Part shown: one piece after another, positions 1 to 12,670 of the stretch
Numbering within the stretch: the stretch's first letter is position 1
How the letters are laid out: every line of letters begins with the position of its first letter
Assembly (NCBI GenBank): GCA_013239625.1
Contig: MU055864.1
Coordinates: 5,997,083-6,061,082 of the forward strand
DNA: 64,000 nucleotides
From: Lama guanicoe
Lineage: Eukaryota
Direction: 5' to 3'
Notes under the pieces: generated by a model
The model's input: only the letters and a program-made list of their open reading frames with translations
Database searches by the model: none
What the model was told of the DNA's origin: nothing
Made by a program: the position numbers and the translations under genes

Positions 1-145
1 CCAAGTTTTAAGGGTTCTTAGCAAGGAGATATATGTACAAAAAGGGGGGGAAACATCAAAGAGATGTAGCACAACATTAAAAAAAAAGAAATTAACATCA
101 CTTCAGGGAAAGACATGAAGATACAGTTAATATAATTAAGTAAGT

Positions 146-268
146 GGGGGAGGGTATAGCTCGGTGGTAGAGTGCATACCTAGCATGCATGAGGTCATGG
201 GTTCAATCCCCAGAACCTCCATTTAAACTAACAAACCTAATTACCTCCTCCTTACCCCCCCTAAAAAT
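146..268 (+). mobile_element. tRNA-derived camelid SINE (Vic-1-like), copy 1
   Basis: ggggagggtatagctcggtggtagag...gggttcaatcccc head with A and B boxes, aaacctaattacc segment, imperfect TSD attaagtaagt/attaaagaagt. Confidence 0.85.
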
Positions 269-563
269 TAAAGAAGTACTGGACTTTCCAGCCATATGTT
301 CCCTCAACTGACCAGTCTTTCAAGCCCAAACCTGGATCAAACTGGTGTCCGCATCTTCTGGTGTTGTACAGTATACAAATGTAGTACATATTTTAACTGA
401 CGGATATTTACATACATTTTCAGAGGGTAAGTAAACAGCATCGGATTTAATTTGTATTATTTACCTTCAAGATATATAAAAAGTTCTTATGCCTAAGTTC
501 AGACAGAATTATCTAAATAATTTTCAAGCAGACCCTAGAGCGCTCTAGGACTTGGCTTCTTAC

Positions 564-624
564 CTTGAAACGTCCATGTAGGACAGATAATTTGGAACTG
601 GGTAAACATCAAGTTGAACAAGTT
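564..624 (-). CDS. PHLPP1: PHLPP1 exon 8 (61 nt), LRR
   Basis: Not in ORF track; read manually. Acceptor tgcctcccag|AA CTT GTT, donor TCA AG|gtaaga; (E)LVQLDVYPVPNYLSYMDVS(R); phase 1 to 2. Confidence 0.95.
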
Positions 625-959
625 CTGGGAGGCAGAAAAAACAAAAACATTACCATTCAAGTGAAACAGAGACTCTTTTTGTATGTAGAATATCATTACT
701 GTGCTTTATTCTCCATTGTTTGTTTAGGTTAGTAAGTACAATACATCCATTTGTTCAGCATTGAAACTACAGGAAAGAACAGAGAACTTCTAATTTAATC
801 ACAAGATCCTTATTCAGAGACTGAAATAAATCACTGATTCTAATTTCCTGCCTCTTTCCCATCCACTTCCTGTGGCACTCCTCTTGCTATGTGTGCTACA
901 TTTTACCTGGAAGATTAACTGTGTGAATACTGTTTTTTGGTTTCTTAACATTCAGGATT

Positions 960-1870
960 GCTTCCATAAAACCAAGTGCACCCTGGCTCCTGCCTTTTTC
1001 ACTCTACTGCAACACCACTCCTGAGGGTTACCAATGACTTCCTCTACTCAAATCTGAAAGCCCTTCCTCAAAACTGTATGAAATATCAGTATGAAACACC
1101 AATGTCCACCTAGGGCTTTGCTTTTCAGATAGAGTAGTTTCGAAATATCCCTCTGCTTCTCAAAACACTTACCAAGTAATTCACAGGTTCACCCTCTACC
1201 TGGTTGCCCCAGCTAACCATGAGGGTTTTAGAAGTCTAGTTTTGGCACCACGCCTCTTCTGTTTTCCAGTTATCTTACTGCCACAGTTTCGGATACCACC
1301 TCTGGGCAAAACGTCTTACATCAACATCTGGAGTCCTGACTGTAAACTCCTACTAGCTCACACGGACACCACTGCAATAACCTGGATTAGTGCAGGAGTG
1401 GATTACTCTACTCTTCTCCCATCAATGCACTCTGCACACTACTCTGATGTTAACAGTCTGATAGCATCACTTCCATCACACACCTCCTCCACATAAGAAT
1501 CTCCACTGGTTCTCTACAGCTTACTGTACGAGCTTCAAAGCTTTGCCGTCTGACTCCAAGCCTTGCATTCCGTAAGCACTTCTTTACCACTTCCCAGCAG
1601 CACCTATGAGTTCGGAATTCCCTGTCTTCTCCCAGTCTGCTGAATAAACCACATTCAGATTCGTTCCTCTTCAGCACTCACTTTATGCCTCCTGGCTATC
1701 CAAATCCTACAACCCTTCAATGACCTATAGCTATCTGAGGTTTGGTTTATTTCTCCAGTGAGAGAATGTAAACTCATTAAAAAAGAAGAAAAAAAGAAAA
1801 ATCCCTATCCTTTAGAACTCATGCACTACACTATGCATAAAACAGGTGCTTGATAAGCATTTGTTCAGCT
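960..1870 (+). mobile_element. L2 LINE remnant
   Basis: gttaccaatgacttcctc...aaatc motif and typical L2 3' end aacaggtgcttgataagcatttgtt; boundaries approximate. Confidence 0.55.
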
Positions 1871-2448
1871 TGTAAAGAGTTGTTTCCATTTGTTGTCTAA
1901 TGGCAGGGAATTGAAATCTTCACTTCAGCAAGCACATGCTCAAATTTCCAAATTTTAAGGAGGAGAGCTTATTAAACGAGCAAGATTCTTGCTCTGTGGT
2001 GTCCCTGTGGGTATGTAATTTATGTTTCTCTTAAGGTGGAGTTTCTTTGTTGGTGGAGCATGAAACCTGAGACCCTGGATGGAGTCCATAACAGACCGTC
2101 TTTTCACTTTCGCTCTCCAGATTTACTGTCTTAACAAAGTAGCCCAATAAATAGTTCAGCCCCTGCCCATCCCTCATCTGCCCTTCAAGCAGAAGAGCCA
2201 AATCACAAGTGGGAGTAACTTATCTAAACATCCCGATATGAGAAAACAAGTTAGGAACTTAAAAAACCTTCCATTTTGACTCCTTTAAATATCAAACCAG
2301 CATTCTTCTTTGATGATTTTTATCTTAGCAAAATTTGACACTTATTTTACTAATTGAGGAAAGAAAAATCAAAGTGTAGCAGAGATGATGGCACTGAGTA
2401 AATTCTTAGAACCAAAAGAGAAACTCTGATGTGGTCTGTGTTACATAC

Positions 2449-2651
2449 CATTAGAAGAGGCATAGAGTGCTTTTAGGAAATAGCCACAGATGTTTAACGT
2501 CACCAGTTGATTCCTTTCACAGTGTAAAACCTCAATGTTGTTGAAAACCATCGCATCTAGATCACCAAGCTTATTGTCGCGCAGATCAAGCTGAGTGACG
2601 TGAGGAAGAAAGTCCACTTCATCTGCTATTAGCTTCCTAATTGTGTTCAGT
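2449..2651 (-). CDS. PHLPP1: PHLPP1 exon 7 (203 nt), LRRs
   Basis: Acceptor ttttcctctcaag|A CTG AAC, donor AAT G|gtatgt; LNTIRKLIADEVDFLPHVTQLDLRDNKLGDLDAMVFNNIEVLHCERNQLVTLNICGYFLKALYASSN(E); phase 2 to 1. Confidence 0.96.
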
Positions 2652-3233
2652 CTTGAGAGGAAAAGGACACAAGTAGAGACTATAATTAACCGCAATGCTA
2701 TAAATAAAAAGCCACACCCTAATATGGTGACTCACGAGTCTCACTATATCACAGTTCTCCATGATTTCTTTAATCTCAGTGTCTGGCCTTCCTTGAAACT
2801 GTTCAGATTCTCTGGCTATTTCTAGCTACAATTCCATAAGGTCTTACCCTTGACAATATTTCCTGAAACACAATTTAGATCATTAAGGCTAGAAGAGAAG
2901 CATGCATATTGATTTACCTTAGTTCATTTTAAGGGGAAAAAAAAATTTCACTTAAACACTTATTTCCAAGGTCTGGTTGAAAGAACACAAGAAACAAAAC
3001 CCAGAATAACCATTAAGCACATTACAACTACACTGAATACTTAAGGGAAGAGAGAAGATGAGTGAGCAGGCAGATGAGCAGCCCTAAAGACAGAATTAAT
3101 GGGTGAACTCGGGGAAAAAAAAATGAATGGGAGCCACATATGCATCAGAGTTAGGTATGCAAATATATCTGGATTTTCAGCTGGCTCAGGGAGTAATTAC
3201 CAAAACTATCTCCACCTTTAAAATATTGCCTGA

Positions 3234-3330
3234 GAGAAGAGGGTACAGCTCAGTGGTAGAGCACATGCTTAACATGCACCAGGTCTGGGTTTCAATCCTC
3301 AGTATTTTCATTAAAAAAAATATATATATC
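3234..3330 (+). mobile_element. tRNA-derived camelid SINE, copy 2
   Basis: gagggtacagctcagtggtagagcacatgcttaacatgc...tttcaatcc head, A tail decaying into AT-rich simple sequence. Confidence 0.8.
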
Positions 3331-3437
3331 TATAAATATATACACATTAAAATATATATATATAATATGCACACAAATATATACTTATAAAAACATATTT
3401 TATACATATAAAAGTATGTGTATATATTGTCTTTATA

Positions 3438-3440
<3 letters not shown>

Positions 3441-3468
<28 letters not shown>
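3441..3468. repeat. (TG)14 microsatellite
   Basis: Read directly. Confidence 0.98.
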
Positions 3469-3472
<4 letters not shown>

Positions 3473-4589
3473 AAGAGTAAAATGCAGAAAATACTGAAAT
3501 TTGGCATCCAGGATTTACTGAGAAATCATAAAACAAAGAACAACAATAGGGATCAACAAGTTCAGGGCAGAGCAGGACTCAGGGAAAAACTGGCAGAACC
3601 TCAGACACGAGAACTGGTTAGCTAATGGACTGAAGTTGCCGCGAATGAGCTGCCAAGAAGATAAGTAAGTAGTAATGAGGACGAGGAATCAATGTAACAA
3701 AAACACATCTCACTTCCAAGAGGAGAAAAACAGCTGAAAATCTCAATTCCTTAAAGTTAGCTAGGCTACGCCCAACTCCTTTGCAAACAAACCACCAACC
3801 AACAAGAACCTTCTACTTCACTTTACAAAGCCAAGAAAGTGCTGAGATCATGCACTTGGTAGAAGAGCATGACCATGAAGGCTGGAGCTTAGAAAAAAGC
3901 CCACTGTTCTCTGTAGTGATTTTTCTGCGCTTTGAAAAAATAAAATAAAATGAGGCTAACTAAATTTGCAATAGCAATATCATAAAGTCACTGAAACACA
4001 AGGGCGAGTGACAGCCAAGAGCTAGGATTTGTCAATCTGCAAGAATGGCATATGGCCTCTTCAAATGTCCCCAAGAGGATTTTTTTGTCAGCTCTTTTTT
4101 TATTCCAGGTTGTATTAGAAAACTGGACACAAACCTACAATTTGCCTATTTCCAAATGTTCACAGAATATTAGAATATGTACACAGAATTTTTAAAAAAT
4201 TTCACTTTGGATACAAGAGACCACAGGATTTGAAAAGATGTTTCATGTCTCCCCTGATCTACACATTAAGTTGTCTTCATGTGGCACTATCATCTCCCCC
4301 ATTGTACTAACACTAGCATAATTCAAGTCTTATGAGGAGACAAAATAAAATCTGTAAGGAGAGGAAGGTTATTCCCACTGTTCACTTTAAATTGCCAAGT
4401 CTTATCAGGATGCAAATACCAAAAGTTTTCAGGCTCACTGATAATACAACTATTTGGGATAAACTTTTAAAGAGGCAAAATGTGGTTAAAATTTCCTTCC
4501 AATAATCTCCTCAGTCAACACAGGCATTTTATTTATTTTATAAACACTCATTGAGCATTTACTATGTGTAGCTAGATAGCGTGACAATG

Positions 4590-4760
4590 TTCTAGTTCCA
4601 GTTTGCTACTCAACATTTTGCATTCATGACCTTGAGCAAGTCACCTAAGTCTCTGTTAAGTCTAACCTTAACCTGTAAAATGGAGATGGCACCTTCCCTG
4701 TCCTACGAGGCAGCTGAGAAAATAAAATGGAAGTACATGCTCATGCTTTGCAAACAAGAA
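4590..4760 (+). mobile_element. MIR SINE
   Basis: Core atgaccttgagcaagtcacctaagtctctg...acctgtaaaatggagat. Confidence 0.75.
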
Positions 4761-5599
4761 AGGGCCACAGTGATGAGGATGATGGTGACCTATGGCCTTG
4801 TGTCAGTAAGAGACAAATAAAACAAGGTGTTTGTCAACAGATGTAGTGATTTAGTGAGGAAAACCACATGCGCTTTGACATATGAAGAATAAAGATGTAA
4901 GTACATGATAAATGATATATAAAATTACAGAGGGTGGTCAAAAAAGATGCTATGAAGAGGAAGCATCTCATCTGAATCCCAAGGGGAGACAGAATTCCAT
5001 AGATGTAAATGGGAGAAGAAAGCAGTCCATAGCGAAGAGCAGAATGGCCTTTGGACTGAAGAGAGAGCACAGGGTGAGTTTCACACATGAGTGCAGGGTG
5101 TGCGAGGAGAGTGAGAATACGGCTACGAAGGTGGGTTGGTCAGCTAATACTTACCAAAAACTGTGCCTACTAAGTGCTAACACTGGGGGGCTCAAGAATA
5201 AATAAGACCAGTGCTTTTCAAATTATCTAGGGAGAAGGACCTATTTTCTAAACTTCTCATCCATTAGAGACTGATATGTAGTCACATGCACACGACCAGG
5301 ACACAAGTCAGTGCACAGGTGGCTCACCACTGTGAGTTCACCAACACCTAAATCAGTTATTCCCTGTACAACCAGTCTGTTTACATGAGTCTACTTGGAC
5401 ATTGGGGCAATGTCAATATAGTGATATGTTTCTATGAAATTAAGTTTCAATTTCTGTGCATATCGCATTGTGGAAAAGTAGCAAATACTTGGCTTGCCGG
5501 CACAGGTCGGAGGACCACCACACTTTGAGCAGCTCTGAGCTGGAGTCTCATCCTCAAGGGACTCATAGGTTAGTGGGTTGAAACCAGATATGAGAGCTT

Positions 5600-6150
5600 G
5601 AATATCCTGAACTAGAGGACTGAAGGCTCTAAGCAAGACTGTGTACCATGGAAGGAGCCAGCTCAGTGAGGGGACAACCGCAGCAGTGAGACGGAAAAGG
5701 GACGGACAAAGTGCACCTGCTGTGACAGAAGAACTGATAGAATCTGCTGGTGGATGAGAAACAGAGCCAAAAGTTTTGTGTCTGGATAACCAATGAAGTG
5801 GAGTTGCTATCAGTAAAAACAGGAATCCAGGGGAAAGAACTGGCTGAATAAAGAAAGAAGCTGAACTCTGTTCCACATGCAATTTGATTGAGTGTCAGTA
5901 GGGGAAAGCAAGGTGGAATTATCCCGCTGGCAGCCGAAGTGGAATTAATCCCTAGAAGAGAAATAAGGGTTAGAGAAATACCGAGGAGTATTTAACATGG
6001 TAACGTGAACGGTAAATGATGGAGACCGGTGAGTACAGGCAGCCAACCACCACAGCAGAAAACAGAAAAGAGAAGTGCTCCAGGAGACAGACGTGGGTAA
6101 TGTCTGTATTTTAGACAGAGAAGAGGAGGAGGGATTAATAATGATGCATA
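5600..6150 (-). mobile_element. L2 remnant
   Basis: Purine-rich degenerate L2-like sequence; boundaries approximate. Confidence 0.4.
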
Positions 6151-8099
6151 GAATAAATAGCATCAGCCTCAAAGAACATCAATATAAGAAAAAGAATAAG
6201 ATTAAAAGAAAAATTATTATTTTTAATATGAGGTAGTATTTCCATCTGAAGGAACAATAAATTTAATCAATAAAATTAGCCCTCTGCTTACAGAATCTAA
6301 GTGAAACTCCCCTTAAATCATTCCACTGGCTTCAATTTAAAATATTAAGGCAGAATTATACGCAAACCTGACCAGATCCCCTCTCCCAGCGACCCCACCG
6401 CTCCTCAGCTCAGCTCAGCGGTCTGGAGGAAAGCAGCTATTTACTCTTGGTCATTTAACATTTACAGAATCCAAAGTCTATGCTGTAACTGATCTCATCT
6501 AAAAAGACCCAGTTAGAACTAGAAATCTGAAGAATTTATAAAGCTCTTAATAAGAACAGTTACTTCCAGACATCTTAGATTGATCTCGCTTGCAAGCTAA
6601 TTCAGACCAAGAAAAACGATGCCTGTCATACGTACCTGGTAACCCAGAACGCCTCTCGGGCTTGTTACGTGAGGTCAATACGACCATCGTTACACCTCTG
6701 GGTGGCTGAATTAAAAAGGGCTTAAATTCTTGAATATGAAGTTTTTTTAAATCCAGTGACTCAGAGGCAAATAATGTTAACAATTTAGAAAGAAGGTTAA
6801 CAAGACAAAGTGTTCAGTTCCCTATCCTGTAACATTCCAAAAAGTTCTCAAAGTCAGATAAATTATTACCATTTATACTCCCTGAGTTAAGGATCCTAAG
6901 TCTGCAAATTGCTAATACTTCCCCAGGTGCCTGATCCCATTAGTCTCAGGAAAGGTAAAGCCAACCAATTCTCTGTGGGACTGGAATGAACGGGTTTCCT
7001 GGGCCAAACCACAAGAATGGAGAAGAAAGGGGAGCAAAAGGAGATGCTACTTTATACTGATGAAGTTGACAGGCTGGAGTGAGGGTCTGGGGTTATCGTC
7101 AGAAAGGAAATTGGGTAGTAAAGCAAGGAAAGAAAGCATCTTTGACAAACATTAAATATCTCACCCAAGATTTAATGTGGTCATTCCCTGGCTAACGTGG
7201 AGTTGGTTTGGTTGAAAAAGTATCAAATTGGGCAAGTTAATATTAAGGCCTAAGCCTGATACGTTGCTTTGCAGGAACTCTTTTTTTTTTTCCATAAAAA
7301 AGAGAAATTTAGAATGGCTTCTTCCTTGTGTACTGGTTCTTTCCGCATTGAAATTAAAACTGAACTTTACACACTAATGGATGATTACTAGACACCTGTG
7401 ATGTAGCAAAGATTGTGTTAACGGTTTTCAGTTGAGATTTGGTATGATCAGGATTCAAACTTGCAAGGAGTGAGAGCAGAGATGCCACTCAAACTTGGGC
7501 CTAACAAGAGATTATGTGTTTTTATATTTTTGTAAAGACCAGTAAACTAAGAGCCAAGGCATCTGGATGGAGAGCGAGGAAATTAAAATAAATAAGTTAA
7601 ATAAATAATTATTAGTTTAATGAATACATTACATTAAGCTAGGGAAGCCAAGGAAGGAAAAAAAACATTAAGGAAGGAGAGATGATCAATGTCAACTGCA
7701 TCAAGCCACGGAAAAGGATGACGAAGAGAGAAAAAGATCCACTTTGCTCTCAATGATACGGTTTTCATTCACCATGAACAGCTCTCTCTGACTCAATGGC
7801 CCTATTGATTCATGCTAATTAAAACTGGGCTCAGGCTTGCAAAATCAAGTAAGACCTTCAAGATACATGGTCATTTATCAATGAGAAGTTTTTTGTTTTT
7901 GTTTTTTAAAATAAGTTTCTGGTATGAGCATACCCTACTGTTGATCATTATTCCTGCTGGGCAAAAACACAAAAGTGGGCCCTAACTGCAACTAACCAGC
8001 CTGCTTGCCTTGACATAAAAATGCCGCCAAAAGAACTATAACCTACCGCCAAATATAACCCAACCACTCAAATGGGATATATTTCTTTAAAATGGTTAC

Positions 8100-8330
8100 C
8101 TTAGGTCCACATGTTTCATGTGAGGCATTTTTCTTAAAGCCTGTAGCCTAAGAGTCTCCATACAGTTTCCAGACATACAAAGCTTATCCACAGCAGTCAA
8201 TTTCTCCAACACTTCTGGAATGTCAGTGAACTCATTGAAAGAAAGACCAAGATAACTAAGCTGATGCATGTTCTCCAACTCAGCAGGAAGGGTCTGGAGA
8301 AAGTTTCCATCCAACAAGAATGTCTGTAAG
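8100..8330 (-). CDS. PHLPP1: PHLPP1 exon 6 (231 nt), LRRs
   Basis: Acceptor ttcttccatag|C TTA CAG, donor CTA AG|gtaacc; [34 protein letters not shown]...MKHVDL(R); phase 2 to 2. Confidence 0.97.
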
Positions 8331-8964
8331 CTATGGAAGAAAACATAAGAATTATAAAGAGAATGTGTAAATTTTACATCTTTATTATTAACATACAAGT
8401 TTCATAAGTATAGACTGTATCACTAAAAAAAAAAAAAGAAAATATACTATTCTTCGTGAAATGCTAAGGGCAGGGCCTGAGGCAATAATACACCAGAGAG
8501 AAAAGATCAGAGATAAGCATCTTAATCTTTTATTGAAAACAAAAATTATGACCAATCTTCCCAACTTGGATAGGCATAAATAGGAACACCATGAGCTGAC
8601 TGCTATGTGAATCCGCCAAAACACTCATCTCTCATTGTTATTTTAAAAAATTAACCTGTAAGTCTTAGAATTCAGCAATAACTTAGAAAATAAGAAAGCA
8701 ACCCCTCCTCCCACATTTAGGCACCCTCATGTAGGGATCTTCAGTTCTAAACAAGGATATTTTCTTTCTTTTTTTTTTTTTTTCCTTAACAAGATTCTAA
8801 AAAGCACAGAAGCTAACAAATGAGCTCTACACAGGAACCTGATCTCTTGATTTGGGGCCTTGCCTGACCAAATAATAAGGTAACTAATCTCACGTGCTAC
8901 GACCCCAGCATAGCTTCCTGGGGGTTTCTGAGGGATACTCTGCAGTGGGGTTGGCAGTACGTAC

Positions 8965-9111
8965 TTGTGCATAACTCCGACGGCTGCTGGGACTGCTCGG
9001 AGGGCATTGCAGGACACATTCAGCTCGGCCAGGGTTGGAATATTGCAGACTGCTAATGGGAAGTCCCCTAAATGATTATTGGAAAGGTTAAGACTCTTCA
9101 ACTTGGTGAAC
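8965..9111 (-). CDS. PHLPP1: PHLPP1 exon 5 (147 nt), LRRs
   Basis: Acceptor actggaatag|G TTC ACC, donor CAC AA|gtacgt; FTKLKSLNLSNNHLGDFPLAVCNIPTLAELNVSCNALRAVPAAVGVMH(N) with LxxLxLxxN motifs; phase 2 to 2. Confidence 0.96.
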
Positions 9112-9599
9112 CTATTCCAGTAAAACAAAACAAAAGGAAAGAAAAGACAAATGTCATAGATGTATAACATCACATGCTTTTGGCTTTTGGCACAGCCTTA
9201 GAGATAATCTAGCCCAGCTCTCAGTCAGCTGGGCAGGAAACGGAGCCCTCAGAGGCTAAGTGAGCAGCAGAGCTGGGTGCACATCTTCAGACTCTAAGGC
9301 CAGTGTTTTACCTAAAATACAAACATTATATTTAAAAACGAATGTTACTCTAAAATAAGGTCGAATACGTAAGGAGGTGAGTTTGCCAGAGTGCGTTTCT
9401 TAGCCCTGCCTCGCCAGCTTAATGAACACATGTGTGAGCGGAAACAGAGAGGGCGGAAAAGGACAGGTGTAACTCCTCTGGATTTGTTTTATCCCAGACA
9501 AGTCAAAATGTTTCTATTTCACTTCCCTCAAACCCAAACCTGAAATGATTTTAAAAACTTCAATTTATCAAAACCATATTCTCTAAGGTAACCAGTTTC

Positions 9600-10150
9600 A
9601 GAGTTCCAAATTTAAGAACCAGTTATCATTCCTCAATCTCAATCCAACACTTGATCTTGCTCATTACACTCCCTTCTTTGAGAAGCTCTTTTCAAACCCA
9701 CCCTAAGGCCATTTTCCTCACCAGGCCTCCTCCTAGCTCTCTCCAAACCCTTTCTCCCATGTTTCCTTCTTTTTCCTTGTTGGTCTCCTCCTGCCCTCCC
9801 CTCCTCCCTCCCCTAGTTAGGTGTTCCTCACAGACTAGTTACTTGTCAGTTTCTTTTCTCTCTTCACGTCACCTTCCTCAGAAATCATTTCCCTGCTCTG
9901 TGAACAACTCTCTCCAAGTCATCACACACCATTTCCTCTCTCTTGACCTATCCTACAACATTTCTAGTCCGAAACTGAACTTACCATCTTTATTCCAGAC
10001 CAGCACTTCCTCTTGTTCTATTTTTGTTAATGGCTCTTTCATTTTCTCAGTTGTCTAAGCAATTAAAGCAATTCAAGAACTCATCTTTAAGTCTGAATGC
10101 ACTTCTCTGTATGCTCTTACATTTGGCCCACTGCCAGCCTCTACACTTCT
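9600..10150 (+). mobile_element. L2 remnant
   Basis: Pyrimidine-rich L2-like sequence (tcaatctc...acacttgatc...ccgaaactgaactt); explains the spurious Ser/Leu/Pro ORF 9651-10058. Confidence 0.55.
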
Positions 10151-10649
10151 ATGTGAGATGAGAATCAGATTGGTTGTTGCATTACGCTAATTATTTTTAA
10201 AACTGCCCAAGCCTAAAAACTAGGCAATGTGCACTATCCCTACAACAGACACACACGCATCTTAAAAATGAACCCAATTCTATCCAATCAGTATTCTAAA
10301 GAAACTGTCATGTGACTTCTTTGTGGAATTCTATAATAAAAAATGTAAAGCTTTGTTCTAAATAGCTATATAGATTTTATTCCAAATAGAAAGCTGACAA
10401 CGTGCCTTTTTGACAGGTTGATTGCTGTTTTCTTGGGTGACGGAGTATAGACTTAATAGAATTTTAAGTTAGAAGCAGAGCAAAATTTAAGAATTACTAT
10501 GAAACCTGAATAATCATTTTAAAATTTATTTCATACTTTACCATTTGATTCATTAGTCCTTCTTAAAATAAAGAATGCTTATCCTCTCTTCTGATCATCT
10601 ATGATCTATCCAACACAAGCTGGAATCATAGGGTCTATTATTCCTAGCT

Positions 10650-11116
10650 CAGGGGTTCTCAAAGCATGGTTGGGGGACCCTGGAAGAGGTCCCTGAGAAC
10701 TTTTCAGGAGATTCTCAAGGTCAAGACTATTTTTATAACAAAACTACAATACATTTGCCTTTTGCTACTCTCATTTTCTCCCAAGTAGAGATTTCCAGAT
10801 GGTATATGTCATTGTGATAGCACATCTGATGGGAAGCAAAAACGGACATGAGAATCCAACTATCTTCTATGAAGCCAGGCATTAAAAGATTTGCAAAAAA
10901 CTGAAAACAGTAACATTCTTTTCCCTTTGTTTTGTTTTAGAAGGTAGTTATTTTTCATAAAAAATACATTTGTTAACAAGAAGGGGGTTTATTATTTTTC
11001 TAAATGAATTATTATGCATTAAAATACTTCTCAGTTTAAATTTCTAATACAGTAAATATCAATAGTTTAATTCACACAAATAAAAGCTGCTTAGGGTCCT
11101 CAATTTTTGAGAGGGT
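10650..11116 (+). mobile_element. hAT-Charlie DNA transposon (Charlie1-like), cut by gap
   Basis: Starts caggggttctcaaagcatgg...ggggaccc...ggtcaagactattttt, the Charlie1-type terminal sequence. Confidence 0.7.
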
Positions 11117-11270
11117 NNNNNNNNNNNNNNNNNNNNNNNNNNNNNNNNNNNNNNNNNNNNNNNNNNNNNNNNNNNNNNNNNNNNNNNNNNNNNNNNNNNN
11201 NNNNNNNNNNNNNNNNNNNNNNNNNNNNNNNNNNNNNNNNNNNNNNNNNNNNNNNNNNNNNNNNNNNNNN
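11117..11270. other. Assembly gap (154 N)
   Basis: Run of N. Confidence 1.
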
Positions 11271-11939
11271 TGAGATTCAAATTTAACTACATTTTTTCCC
11301 CTTCTAAATATGGTAATTGTATTCTGAAATAGACAAAATTGCTGTTCCAGTCCAAACAAAAACAGTATCCTACTTTCTGGATTTGTTTCCTCATTTGGTA
11401 GAAATGGCGACAATTTTAAAATATGCATGCAATTAAACTGAACTTAAAAAAAAATTCCTCTAGGAAGGAAAAAGACCCTAGACATACAACACAATATAGC
11501 ACAAAGACTTCAGAAAGTGGAAAATGGAAGGATTATAATTTCAGTGATTACTCAAAATGGAAAGTGGAAGCATTGGCTTCCATCAATAATAGGGGGAGAA
11601 AAGGTACATTCATCCATGCACATAAATTTACTAGGACCACATCACTCCTGAGAAGAAAGGAAAGCAGTAGTGCGTTGAATGAGTAAAAGAGGCAATTCAC
11701 AAACTTAAATGGAAGAGGAAAAATAACTTACTAAGTGCCCCTCATTAGTTTTATGTATTACACCTTTTGTATTTTAAATGGCCACCAGGTCTAAATATAA
11801 AGAAGTGCAATTATTCTTTGCATCAATTTAATGACAAAAACAACCACCATCAGACTTTACAGTAAAGAGAACTGTCCTCAGCCCCAGAGGCCAAGCACCC
11901 CTACAGAACAAGGAGTCTGGGTTCTCGTTCCCTAAAGCT

Positions 11940-12246
11940 GAGCCACCTGGTACACCACCACCGGACCCAGGTGGCTACTGAGCATATGAAACGGGGCTAG
12001 TCCACAGTGAGATGTTCTCTAATTATAAAATACACACTGGATTTCAAAGACTTAGTACAAAAAAGCATGTAAACTCTATTAACAATTTTTAGAGCTGATA
12101 ATTTTGATATATATTTGATATATTGAATTAAATAAGCTATTATATTAAAATTAATTTCACCTGTTTCTTATTTTTTCTAATGTGGCTACTAGAAAATACA
12201 AGATTACTTATGTGGCTTGTGTTATATTTCCATGAGAGAAGCACTC
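11940..12246 (+). mobile_element. hAT-Charlie MITE (MER33/MER3-like)
   Basis: gtggctactgagca...tgaaa...ggctagtcc...aaaatacacactggatttcaaagacttagtac...tgtggctactagaaaat. Confidence 0.75.
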
Positions 12247-12259
12247 TCTCCACACTGAG

Positions 12260-12670
12260 AGCAGGCAGGACCCTGGAGTTCCCTACCCAATGACACCAAA
12301 CCTCTTTTCAGTGCTTGTGTGGGGCTCTCCCCTGGGCACATCCTCCCACAATGTGTGCACCCATAGGCCCTAAGGGTGGGCAGAGCTTGGACACGGGTGC
12401 TGTGTTCACATCTCTGCAGGGTGAGGGATGGAGCTGGAGCGGGAAGAGAGCCTGCTCTCCCCACAATGCCACACCCAGTGCAGAACCCCAAGGGGTCTGA
12501 GGATTCTAAATTTCAGTCAACACTTGGGGGTCATTATAAAAGTGTATTTGTCAAGACAGGAGGAGAGTAGGTATTTTATTTAACAGTTTGTTAGCTTAAT
12601 TATAACTTAAATATTTAGATATGTAGTATGTGGCCTCTATTTATACTCTTGCCCTGGTTCAAGGGCTGAT
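12260..12670 (+). mobile_element. Probable hAT-Tip100 relic (MER45-like)
   Basis: GC-rich left half and right end ttatttaacagtttgttagctt...atactcttgccctgg resembling the MER45 family. Confidence 0.4.

Noticed and set aside
146-220. tRNA-like sequences (also at 3234, 15551, 22700, 42400, 62245)
   Set aside because: They have A-rich tails, TSDs and mutual divergence; they are SINE heads, not tRNA genes.
5391-5882. 163-aa ORF, the longest in the track
   Set aside because: Overlaps degenerate repeat sequence; no recognisable domain or splice context.
9651-10058. 135-aa Ser/Leu/Pro-rich ORF
   Set aside because: By-product of a pyrimidine-rich L2 remnant.
11059-11428. ORFs spanning N runs (also 30829-31317)
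   Set aside because: Artefacts of assembly gaps.
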